A DNA stretch of 64,000 nt from Lama guanicoe. Lineage: Eukaryota. The notes under the pieces were generated by a model, which was not told where the DNA came from, did no database searches, and was given only the letters and a program-made list of their open reading frames with translations. A program made the translations under genes and the position numbers. The first letter of the stretch is position 1. The number at the start of each line of letters is the position of its first letter. Location of the stretch: assembly GCA_013239625.1 (NCBI GenBank), contig MU054323.1, positions 16,434,029 through 16,498,028 on the forward strand, written 5' to 3'. This document shows positions 12,020 through 22,947 of the stretch, piece after piece.

Positions 12020-12380
12020 GCTCACCCTCTCACTCGCTCAGTCCTGCCCACTTGGCCTTTAGGTTTTTCCAGGAATTCCAGCAGTGCCTGGGGGCACTCC
12101 ATCTTCCCCAGATAAGCAAAAGGATCCTTTAAGGTCTTTACTCAAATAAGACTTAAGTGGAATGGCTATTCCTTTAGAATAGCAGTCTCACCCATATTCC
12201 CTTTCTTTGCTTAAAGCAGGAAGAATTTCTTCATTACCTGACATTACCTTATATTTACTTATAGATCCATTTATGGTCTGTTTCCTCTGACGTGTGGACT
12301 TTGTTTGCTGTTGTATCTTCCATACCTAAAAAGGGGCCTGGCATGTAGTAGGTACTCAATAAATATATATTGAATGAGTG
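12020..12380 (+). mobile_element. L2 LINE 3' end
   Basis: Ends 'gcctggcatgtagtaggtactcaataaatatatattgaatgagtga'. Confidence 0.8.
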
Positions 12381-13532
12381 ACCCCTTGACTACAACCAGT
12401 GATGAATGTAAAAGTTGTGTTCACAAACTCCATAGCTCCAGAAATAATAATATATTAAACATTCCTGAAACATACCACACATATGCTGAGACTGAATTTG
12501 CAACCACTTTTCTTTAGTCTAGCTGAACAAGAAATACTAAACACATGGAACATTTTAAGTCCTGAAATTCAAATATTTTAAAGGAAGGCTTACAAAAAAT
12601 GTCTTTATAGTCCATGTATAATGCATAACGATTTCTCTTGTAGCAAAGCTGAAACACACTGGTGTGTACTCAGCTGGGGTTTTCTTCCAAAATGCCACAT
12701 TCTGACTGAATTCGTGTGTGTATGTTCTCGATTATCCCTCAAAGTTACATTTAGGGAAAAATTTAAGAGAAACTGGAAGGTTAGAACATTTTGAACAGGA
12801 GTATCATTACAGCTAGAGGATTCGCCTTCTTGCTATCCGATTAGAATTGCACCAGTACTGGAAATAAAGTTAACTTGTGCTAATGAATTTGGCTGAACCG
12901 TTGCCAGAAGCTAAGGAATTTTCTAACCAGTGATTTCCTTGTAAATAAAGAATGTCAGGTCGCTTCTTGGTTAGGAGATTTCAGTGTCACCTAATCAAAT
13001 GCAACAGGAAATAGTATATATGAGATGTTGTGAGCATGCAGACTGCAGGCCTAGCATGTAATTCTGGTCAGGTTAGACTGTAAACCACCAAATCCTAGGA
13101 CTCCTGGCATGTGAATTGGCTTTTGAACTCAGGCAGCACCAATTTTATTTATGGTTAAGTCCTTCAAAGACAGATAGATATACATAGTCTGTCCTGATTG
13201 TTGACTGGAAACCAGTGACTAATAAATAGCATCACCTAATATTTAAATAGCCTCCTAGGCTTAAAAAAGAATTCCTTTGAAATTAATCTTATTTCTTCCT
13301 CACCTTCGGTTGTCCATGTTGGGTAGGTGAGGCCCTTAGGGTTGATTGACACATTGTCTCTTTCCAGAAGGAATCTGAGGCAACTTAAAAGGCTTTTGTC
13401 TATAATGAGGAGTCATTCCTATTATATTCTTTGTGATGTGCTCTCTCCCAAACATCTGTATGTCTCCCTCCTTCGCTTCTTTCAAGCCTTTGCTTAAAGT
13501 TCAGCTCCCTCAAGGCCCTCTGACACTTCCTG

Positions 13533-13918
13533 TACATCGGCCTTCCATATCCACACATGCATCTACAGATTCAACCATCTATGGACTGAAAATATTGGGA
13601 AAAAAATTCCAGAAGTTTCCAAAGAGCAAAATTTGAATTTGCTACACACTGACAACTTTTTACATAGCATTTACATTGAATTAGGTATTATTATTATTTT
13701 TTAACTTTTTTATTGAGTTATAGTCATTTTACAATGTTGTGTCAAATTTGAATTAGGTATTGTAAGTAATCCAGAGATGATTTAAGTATATGGGAGGATG
13801 TGTGTAGATTATTTGCAAATACTATGCCATTTTATATAAAGAACTTGAGCATCCTTGAATTTTGGTATCTGTGCGGAGTCCTGGAACCAATCTCCCTCAG
13901 ATACCTAGGGATGATTGA
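13533..13918 (+). mobile_element. MER2-type (TcMar-Tigger) DNA transposon, interrupted by a young L1 fragment
   Basis: 'tacatcggccttccatatcc...gattcaacc...ctggaaccaatctccctcagatacctagggatgattg'; colinear with 29755-30056. Confidence 0.85.
13690..13747 (-). mobile_element. 58-bp extreme 3' end of a young L1, with a 14-bp TSD
   Basis: Matches the 3' terminus of the copies at 21.4 kb and 30.7 kb; flanked by ttgaattaggtatt at 13676-13689 and 13748-13761. Confidence 0.9.
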
Positions 13919-15709
13919 ATAAAATATTACCCATGGCCCTTTTAATCTCTTTATCCCCTTTAGTCTTCATAACACTTACCACCCAACATATTGTATATTT
14001 ATTTGTTCATTATCTCTTCTAGCCCTAGCCCACACCAGTAGCATGTTAAGCTCCATGAAGGCAGAAACTTTTCTTATTTTATTCACTGCTGCATCCCAAC
14101 AACTTGATCAGTGCTTGGCACATAGTAGGGACTTAATGAACATTTGTTGAATGAGTGAATAAACAAATTCTCAGTGCTTAGTACAGATACCTGGCATATG
14201 ATAGATACTTGCTGAGTAAAATGATGCTTTAATGAATGAACTAGAGAAAGGTGTGTGATTCATTCAAGGTCATGGAGATACTGATAACTTGGTTTATATA
14301 TATTTCAATCCCTACCAATTCTTTCTCTGTTGCTTCTTCATTTGTATGCCTGTTAGCAAATCTGGACTGCTGTGTTGTGAAACTTTGTTTATTCAATTTA
14401 GTGCCTGTCAAAATGTAACATTATATAGCTATGAAAGTGATTATAAGATGAACAGGGAGGAAAATTATATCCATTAATGCTCTGGGTTAATGAGAAACAA
14501 GACGAAAAAAGAGAGGGGAAGAGAGAGGTCTGCAATGATTCCCCATTTCTCCTGTTACTCTCCATGCATTCATACACTTATGTGGAAGAACAGGTACCCG
14601 TGTACCTCCCCTCAACACATGCACCAAACATATTCCTACCCTACAGATACATATCTTCACTGTCTCTGCCTTTCTTGTGTTTCCTTTCTTATGTCACCCA
14701 GGGTCAGGATTCCCTGTGCATAAAGGACAGACCATTTTATGGGGAGTTTATTGCAGATCGCTAAACTTGGACTCCCACAAAGAAAACCAGGAACTGTGCA
14801 GTGGGGGACACCCAGGACTGTCCTTACATTTATTTCACAGAGAACATTCTGTAGGGGCGTTTGAAAACCACATCCTACAATACTTTCCTACTCTTAGGGT
14901 CCCAAGGTCACTTACTCTCGGGCTCAGGATCCTTTGCAGCAGCTCACCCTGCTGATGGATTGGACTTGTAAGCACACCTTTCCCACCTGGCACAGTGGAT
15001 GCTCTGAGGCCCTCTTGTTGGCCTTTGTCATCAACTCTCTAGAAACAACGGTAGTGGTATTTTCCTCAAGAAGGATAATAGGTAGGTGTGGCCTTGGGAG
15101 TGCTTTGAGCTGCCTAACTACTGACTGAACTGGAACAGGAGAGGGGAGGAGCCATTTCATACATTCAACACATAATTATTGGGGGCCCACCCTGTGCCAA
15201 GGAAGTGGGCCAATAATGTTGGCATTGCTCTCAGGCTGACCCATTCCTCTTTCATCTTTCCAAACCTGCTTGACTGAATGTTGAAACTGTGTTCCAAAGG
15301 CCTTTATCTTAACCTTCCTGGGACATGTAGGTGCTCCTGACTGTGGTCCAGTCACTTGTGTGAGCAGGACATATTATACAAATAAGGCACCCACACAAGA
15401 GTCAACACATGGTAATCCTATGCCTTGGACCTGAGCTCAGAAATGCTGTGAAATTTAACACAAATGAACACTGAATGCTGAGCTCCTTCAAAGGTAGCTG
15501 TCTCCTTTGTAGCCCTATGTTAAAATCTCTGTTCCTAGAGAGGTCTAAGACTTCCTTTTTTGGTTTGTAAAGTCCTATCTTTAAATTGTCTCTAATTGTG
15601 GATATGTCTAGAAAGCAAAGGTAAGAATTGTGCACGTTCATTCCATTATGTTGTAACTCTTAGGGCCTGCTGCATAAACCTGCTTATTAGTGAATGTGAC
15701 CTAACATTC

Positions 15710-16330
15710 TTATTGTTATTCAACTTATACTTGTTGAACACCAGAGTGTAAGGCACTGACAGGTACACTAAAGGATGCAGAGAATATGCTCCCTACACTT
15801 AGGCAGTTTAAAATTTATAGAGGTGATAAAGCAAGCACACAAGTAACTATAAGATAAGACAATATATGATAAATGTTATCAACTCCATGATATTTTCCAA
15901 ATGACAAATAGGGACACATATTCTGGTATGTTATCTGACAATGAGACAACATGTATCTAAATTGAGACCGTTTGGATGATCTGGGATAGATGGTCCAGTA
16001 ATACTGATATTTCACTATACATTAGTGGTTTTGAAATTTTTTTCCTTTTTAAATGGAACTATAAGAAGGATCTTGATATATGGTATGTTACAGGTGAAAG
16101 TGTAGCTGTTCTGATTGAGCTGTAGTGGGGAGCCCTTCCCCTTTTAGCCCTTCACTCTTTCACTAAGGAATTTCTTAAAACTCACTCCTGACTCTCATGG
16201 GCTCTAGGAAACACAGTTGAAACTATGGTGAGATGATCAGTAAGTGGAGAGATTGCTTTTGATTGGAGTGATCAGGAAGGCCTAATGGAGGAAGTGGCAT
16301 TTGAAATTGACCTTAGTATAAAGTGATTAT
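15710..16330 (-). mobile_element. L2 fragments (with a probable Charlie-like MITE at ~16025-16225)
   Basis: 'attcaacttatacttgttgaacacc...aggcactg' and 'tcaggaaggcctaatggaggaagtggcatttga'. Confidence 0.55.
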
Positions 16331-16530
16331 TGGACTTCCCATTGTATAGGGCTGGAGCATGTGGTCTGAGTACACCTACACTTGGCACAGATCTTCACGA
16401 CCTAGTAAATGGCCTCAACAGAGGGTGTCAGTGAAGACCCAGCACCTGATTCATGAGTTTCATGGTGGTGAAGGATCTGCGGTTCATCTCTGGCCTCCTC
16501 TGACCTCTTCTTTGCTCCTCATCCTCCTCC

Positions 16531-17016
16531 TGTTGTTACTGACCAGGGTTCTTGGACTCCCTAATCAATAGAAGTTAATAAGAGGCCAGACAAAAATTTC
16601 AGGCAAGGCTTTATTGGGACTCATGCTGCAGCGCAAGGGAGTGAAAACAAGTAATAGGTTTCTTTGCTTGCTCCCTGAGGAGGCACAAGCTGGTTTCTTA
16701 AACAGGGTGAGGGTAGAGACAGGTGCAGGGGTTGGGCTGGAGAGGTGGCTTAGGTGGTCTGCCCAGTTCCTTGGTGGTGCTGTGTGCAGGGATCATGCCT
16801 AGGACCCTGATTTTGCTCCCGACACCCCAGAAGTGGCAGTTGGGTTTTTGATCTTTTTGTATCATGTTATTCACAGTTTTCCCCAACTGCCCATACAGGC
16901 AGTTATTTTTAGTCCCTTTTAGTTTCTTTGTATCTTGTCACTCAAAGGAGGAGACATTTGTCCAGGTGCAAGCGCTGCAGCAAAGGGTTCCAGGTCTCAG
17001 GTCCCATCCTGTCTTA
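16531..17016 (-). mobile_element. Solo ERV LTR (lineage-specific family, not named)
   Basis: ~490 bp with a TG terminus; minus-strand AATAAA at 16615-16610 about 80 nt from that end; upstream TATA-like TTTAAGAA; sharp change in composition against the flanks. Confidence 0.6.
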
Positions 17017-17611
17017 CTTTCTATCCCACTGTAAGGCACTTCTTATCGTTCCTTTGTCAGCTCAGATCCCCATCTTCTCTGGATATTTGTCTTTTGCCAG
17101 CAACAACATTTCAATAGATTCTAACATTTATTTCTTTAGCATTGGATCCCAGAAGCACATACCCAGGTCATGGCAATAATGGGTGAACACAGTCATCCTC
17201 AGGGAATATTGTGTTTTCTTCCAAGGAGGGCAGACTTGGGAGGGAGGATCCACTCAGCTGTAGAACCAGTCAACTAGAGCCCTGGTTCTTTAGCATAGCT
17301 AATTCTGGCTAATCAAAATTTTATAGCACTTTGGAGTACAGTTAACATTGTTTGGGAAGTGGGCTGCCTACTCTGAGGTTCATGCTGTCTTGAAATACCG
17401 AAGTATTAGGATTTAGATGGAAGAATGACCAAGTCTCAGAGACCATTCTTTTCCTTAATTGCTTTATTATCCTTTGTCAGGCTAATGACCTAGTTCACTA
17501 TAAAAGAAGCAGGGTTTATGGAAAACCGAAAGATGGAAGTCATACCCAGACTTACAAATGTGTGAGGTTGTGCAGAAAATTTAATTCGATTAAAAAATGT
17601 ATAGTTGCTGA

Positions 17612-18190
17612 GGTTTTTTTTCTTTATTTTTTAGAGCAGTCAGGTTCACAGCAAAATTGAGCAGAAAGTACAGAGAGTTCTCATATATTCTCCGCCCTCA
17701 CCGAGATACAGCCTCCCCCACTATCAACATCCTGCAGCAGAGCAGTACATTTGCTATGATCGATAAACATACATTGACACATCATTACAGCCAAAGTCCA
17801 TAGTTTGTGTTCGCATCCACTGTTGGTGGTGTGCGTTCTGTGGGTGTGGACAAATATGTAATGACCTGAATCCACCACTATAGCATCATGCAGAATAGTT
17901 TCACTGCCCTAAGAATGATCGGTGCTCTACCTGTTCATCCCTCCCTTCTCCCTTATTCCTGGCAATCACTGATCTTTTTACTATCCCCATAGTTTTGCCT
18001 TTTCCAAAATGTCATATAGTTGGAATCGTATGGTAAGAAGCCTTTTCAAATTGGCTTCTTTCACTTAGTAATATACATTTAAGTTTCCTCCATGTCTTTC
18101 ATGGCTTGATAGCCCCTTTCCTTTTAGCACTAAATAATATTCCATTGTCTGGATGTACTGTAGTTTACTTATCCATCCTCCTACTGAATA
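17612..18190 (-). mobile_element. Old L1 3' end (L1MC1-like)
   Basis: 'ttttagagcagt...ggttcacagcaaaattgagcagaaagtacagagagttc', then typical L1M 3' UTR/ORF2-end antisense text. Confidence 0.85.
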
Positions 18191-18440
18191 TTTGTTTTTA
18201 CTCTGAATAAAGTGTTAAACTATATGCAAGTAGGAGATATAATAACATAAGACATAGTTTATAAAACAAGATGTTGTTCTGTTGTTCAAGGAGATTACAC
18301 TCCATTAGGGCCTTTTCTTAAGTGGTGGACTGAAGCAAACTCTTTAGAAGGAAGGAGAAAATTCCAACTGGTTAAGTTTCAGGCTTCTTGAAGAGTAAAC
18401 ACATGAGGAGGGATTAAAAGGATGCGTGGGATTCCAATGT

Positions 18441-18830
18441 TGTTATGGACTGAATTGTGTCCCCTCAAAATTCATATGTTGAAATCCAAACCCTCCAGTA
18501 CCTCAGAATGTGACAGTATTTGAAGACAGGGCCTTTAAGGAGGTAATCAAAGTTAAATGAGGTCATATGGGTGAACCCTAATCCAATATGATTGGTGTCC
18601 TTATGAGAAGAGAAAAGACATCAGGAATCATGCACAGAGAAAAGGCCCTCTGATGATACAGAAGGAAAGCAGTCATCTGCAAAACAAGGAGAGCGACCTT
18701 AGGAGAAAGCAGCCCCACCTGTACCTTGACCTTGGACTTCTAGCCTCTAAAATGTGAGAAAATAAATTTCTGTTGTTTAAGCCACCTAGTCTGTGGTATT
18801 TTCTTATAGCAGCCCTAGCAAACTAATACA
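18441..18830 (+). mobile_element. MLT1 (MLT1A/B-like) MaLR solo LTR
   Basis: tgttatggactgaattgtgtcccctcaaaattcatatgttgaa ... aataaatttctgttgtttaagccacc ... gcaaactaataca. Confidence 0.9.
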
Positions 18831-19339
18831 AAGTTGAAGATGGGAAGGAGGGTAATTCGGCAGTGAGAACAGCATGGGAATGTGCAGAGGCTGGGAAGCA
18901 CGGCTGAGTTCAAGAACAAGATGGAGCCTGGGTTGGCCGGTTGTTGGGGGCCACGTCACCAGGCTGTGGTTGGCCTTGGAGTACCCAGCAGAGGGGACTC
19001 CATGACGGTGCCAAGATGGGATGGATCCTCGGGATTTCCCTTGTGAGTTCAGCCAGCGTGGCGCTGGTGCCTTGGTCTTAGTAGGTGTTTGTATTCCACA
19101 AGAATCTCAAAAATGCATTGGCCTGCTTCTGTTTTACCATTGGTGCCAGCACACAATGATTTTAATAAGCTGAGCTTGCAACACTGAAAAACATATATTG
19201 ACAGAAAAACACTAGCTAAGAAGATTCTGAGGTGTTTCTCGTCACCAAGTGAGCACCTGGTCTTTCCTGGCTTTCCTTCTCAACTTCAAAGCAGATAGTT
19301 CTCCACAGATATGTCTGATTGATTCAAAGAACATCAGAG

Positions 19340-19566
19340 CTGATGCTAACTAATGTACATAAAATAGATAAACAACAAGTTTATACTGTATAGCACAGGA
19401 AACTATACTCAGTATCTTGTAGTTACTTATGGTGAAAAAGAATATGAAAATGAATATATATTTGTTCCTATATGACTAAAATATTGTACTGTACACCAGA
19501 AATTGACACATTATAAACTGACTATACTTCAATAAAAATATATAAAGACAAACAAACAAACAAAAC
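19340..19566 (+). mobile_element. Artiodactyl-type L1 3' UTR fragment with A-rich tail
   Basis: 'tatactgtatagcacaggaaactatactcagtatcttgtag...gtacaccagaaattgacacattataaactgactatacttcaataaaaa'. Confidence 0.8.
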
Positions 19567-19589
19567 AGAATCATGAGAAAAAAAATCAG

Positions 19590-19705
19590 CTTAGTGGGAC
19601 CTTAAACATCAGTAGTCTTGCCCTCCCATCTTACAATAGAGAAATCAGAAGCCTAGAAAAAGTTAATGATTTTCTCAAGATCATCCAGTTAGTAAGTGGC
19701 TTCTA
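19590..19705 (-). mobile_element. MIR fragment
   Basis: 'ccatcttacaatagagaaatcagaagcctagaaaaagttaatgattttctcaagatcatccagttagtaagtggc'. Confidence 0.7.
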
Positions 19706-19856
19706 AGTCTACAAAGTTGCTGTTTTTATTATCATTATTATTACTTTTTGCTAAATAATTTTGAATCTGTTTGGAAAAAGAGATTCATCCCTGCAAGGAT
19801 GAAGATGGGAAAGTGCTCTAAATTATGTCTCTGCGGAGACCATGGCTTCAGGGTGA

Positions 19857-20070
19857 ACAGTGTGTGCTCTGGAGTCAGACACCTGTGTTCAGACCCCAAC
19901 AGCTCTCCATTCACTAGCCATGTGACCCTAGGGTACTGCTTAAGCTCTCTAAGCTTTAGTGCTGTGTCTATAAGAATGGCAGTGATCAGGGGAGGTTGTC
20001 ATAGAACTCATCTTGGTGTGGGTATCAAGATTAAGTGAAACAGTTCTTATGCATTTGACTGGCACATTAT
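19857..20070 (+). mobile_element. MIR SINE
   Basis: 'gctctggagtcagacacctgtgttcagacccca...cactagccatgtgaccctaggg'. Confidence 0.8.
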
Positions 20071-20656
20071 CAAACCTCAAAAAACAAAACCCCAAAAGAA
20101 AAAAACCTCAAAGTGTTTTTCTACCCCACAAGGATAGTCTTATTTGTCTCTGTGTCCCTGGAACCGGGCACAATCCCTGTCACAGAGCCTACACGCAGTA
20201 AATCTGTATTGAATGAATGAAGCATCAGAAGTGGCCTAGGAGAAACAATAGCACATAAGGCTGAGAAGAGAGAAAGGAAAACAGACGATAATAAATGGCT
20301 AAGGGAGAGCTGTAAATATATAGTCTGAGGAAAGTGAAAAGATTTGAAAAACGTTAAATGAGAATAAAAGGAAAAGAAGAATCTACTGCCTCCAAGGGGT
20401 CACATGAGGACCACACAACAGGTGCACTTGACACGCCTTGCAAAGCATGAAGTACAAAACAGATGCGCAGGAGCCATCAATACCAGAAGCAGCTTCGTCT
20501 TACTAGGATTCAAAGGAGAGGCTGCCCAAAGCATCAGGAAAGGCTTAAGCTGCTTAGACCTCAGGAAGCAAGGAGGTCAAGGGGGAAGGGACTGAGGACA
20601 GTCTCAGGCGGCACCAGCGAAAATAGACCCAACAATAGAGAGTCCACAAAGTGGAG

Positions 20657-21200
20657 TGTATTAAGCATGTCTTTTTATTCTGATGCTTTGCTGATACTGG
20701 AAGGGACTGCCCCTCCCAGGGTTAACTAATTCCCAGAGACAGCAAACAACTTGCCTGAGAACATGTCTTTTATATACAGATCAACCAATCCAAAGGCTAT
20801 ACCCCACCCACCTCCTTTAGATCAGGTTCACAAAGGGCTCTCAGTGGGAACCCACCATTTCTCCTGCCCTAATCAGCTGAAAACTAGATACCAGACAAGA
20901 GACCCTCCACCCCACCCCAGAGCTCATGGAAAATTACTCAAACTAGCTGACCCTTAACCTGCTTACCCTACCTTGCCTTGCCTTTCCCATGGAAACCACG
21001 ATACAGTCTCTCAGTCATGTTTTCCTCTTGTTCCTTCTTCCTTTTGTTGGGCCCTGGTGCTTCCCCATGTGGTCCTGGATGGTGTGCTGTGGGTCCTGTT
21101 TCTAGGAATCTGTGAGTATAAAAACCTTCATGACAGTCTCTTCCATGTCTGTGTGTCTTACCACACTGTATTAAAACAAATCCCAGGTACCCTTACAAAA
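20657..21200 (+). mobile_element. ERVL solo LTR (MER74-like)
   Basis: Begins tgtattaagcatg; internal 'gggactgcccctcccagggttaactaattcc...caaccaatccaaagg'; flanks tggag/aggag resemble a 5-bp TSD. Confidence 0.7.
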
Positions 21201-21379
21201 AGGAGCCATCAGGGTTTCTAGGATTGTGCCCTCTACCCTGATGACAACCCCCTCTTCCCTTATTGAGCATGTTTTTCATTTTGGTTTGGAATTGATATTC
21301 TCCTGTGTTCTGAGAAGTTGCTTCCTGCATTTCCCTCCCTCTATCTCTGTTTCTGTCTCTGTCTCTCTCATTTATTTTA

Positions 21380-22698
21380 GTTTATTTTTTTAACATTTTT
21401 TATTGATTTATAATCATTTTACAATGTTGTGTCAAATTCCAGTGTAGAGCACAATTTTTCAGTTGTACATGAACATGTATATATTCATTGTCATATTTTT
21501 TTCTCTGTGAGCTACCATAAGATCTTGTATATATTTCCCTGTGCTATACAGTATAAAATTATCTTGTTATTCTACAGTTTTGAAATCCCAATCTATCTCT
21601 TCCCACCCCCTGCCCCCTTGGCAACCACAAGTTTATATTCTATGTCTGTGAGTCTATTTCGGTTTTGTGTTTATGCTTTTTTTGTTTGTTTGTTTGTTTT
21701 TTTAGATTCCACATATGAGCGATCTCATATGATATTTTTCTTTCTCTTTCTGGCTTACTTCACTTAGAATGACATTCTCTAGGAGCATTCATGTTGCTGC
21801 AAATAGCGTTATGTTGTCGGGTTTTATGGCTGAGTAGTATTCCATTGTATATATATACCACATCTTCTTTATCCAGTCATCCATTGATGGACATTTAGAC
21901 TGTCTCCATGTCTTGGCTATTGTAAATAGTGCTGCTATGAACATTAGGGTGCAGGTGTCATCCTGAAGTAGGGTTCCTTCTGGATATATGCCCAGGAGTG
22001 GGATTCCTGGGTCATATGGTAAGTCTATTCCTAGTCTTTTGAGGAATCTCCATACTGTTTTCCACAGTGGCTGCACCAAACTGCATTCCCACCAGCAGTG
22101 TAGGAGGGTTCCCCTTTCTCCACAGCCTCTCCAGCATTTGTCATTGCTACCTTGCTGAATTCTTTGATCAGCTCTAGTAGTTTTTGTGTGGACCTTTTAG
22201 GGTCTTCTATATATAGTAACATGTCATCGGCATATAGTGACACTTTTACCTCTTCTTTTCCAATTTGGATCCCTTTTATTTCTCCCTCTTGCCTGACTGC
22301 TGTGGCTAGGACTTCCAAGACTATGTTGGATAGGAGTGGTGATAGTGGGCAGCCTTGTCTTGTCCCAGATTTTAGTGGGAAGCTTTTGATTTTTTCACCA
22401 TTGAGTACTATGCTGGGTGTAGGTTTGTCATAGATAGCTTTTATTATGTTGAGATATGTTCCCTCTATATCCACTTTGGTGAGTTTTTATCATAAATGGA
22501 TGTTGAATTTTATCAAATGCTTTTTCTGCATCTATTGAGATGATCATGTGGTCTGTGTCCTTTCTCTTGTTGATGTGATGTATTACATTGATTGATTTGC
22601 ATATGTTGACCCACCCTTGTGTCCCTGGGATGAACCCCACTTGGTCATGATGTATAATCTTTTTTATGTGTTGTTGGATTCTATTTGCTAATATTATA
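21380..22698 (-). mobile_element. Young 5'-truncated L1 with an internal ORF2 deletion and a 12-bp TSD
   Basis: RT motifs ([30 protein letters not shown]), C-terminal CWRGC..HCWWEC, ORF2 stop at 21704-21702, 3' UTR and tail; TSD tcatttatttta at 21368-21379 and 22699-22710. Confidence 0.95.
21702..22695 (-). pseudogene. Disrupted L1 ORF2 (reverse transcriptase fragment fused to the C-terminal Cys-rich domain)
   Basis: ORF track entries 22428..22730, 22031..22474 and 21789..22079; frameshift near 22480, out-of-frame junction near 22145, premature TGA at ~21790. Confidence 0.92.
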
Positions 22699-22947
22699 TC
22701 ATTTATTTTATATAAAGCATTAGCCCACACATCTTTTTTACTCTCTTATTTGAGGATGGAGAACATAGAAGCTAGAGCTGAATGTAGGAAACAAGTTGAT
22801 GGTTTCTACACCCCATTTCAAGCATGACCTCCAAAAAAGGTGCCTGTAGCCTGAGCTATTTCAAAACAGTTCTGAATGCCAGTGACTCAGATTTCTTCTT
22901 TAGTTTTTAACTTTTATTCCCCATCTGACAAGCTTTTATGATTTTAA

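Larger units (their letters stand above)
13435..14165 (+). mobile_element. L2 LINE 3' end, interrupted by MER2
   Basis: L2-like sequence at 13435-13530 and 13920-14165, ending 'gtgcttggcacatagtagggacttaatgaacatttgttgaatgagtgaat'. Confidence 0.8.

Noticed and set aside
18984..18998. CTCF-like CCAGCAGAGGGGAC (and a weaker one at ~4288)
   Set aside because: Mismatch at a core position; not supportable without ChIP data
21380..22698. Twin-priming inversion, or an intact/active reverse transcriptase
   Set aside because: Both segments are on the same strand, and ORF2 is truncated, frameshifted and carries a premature stop
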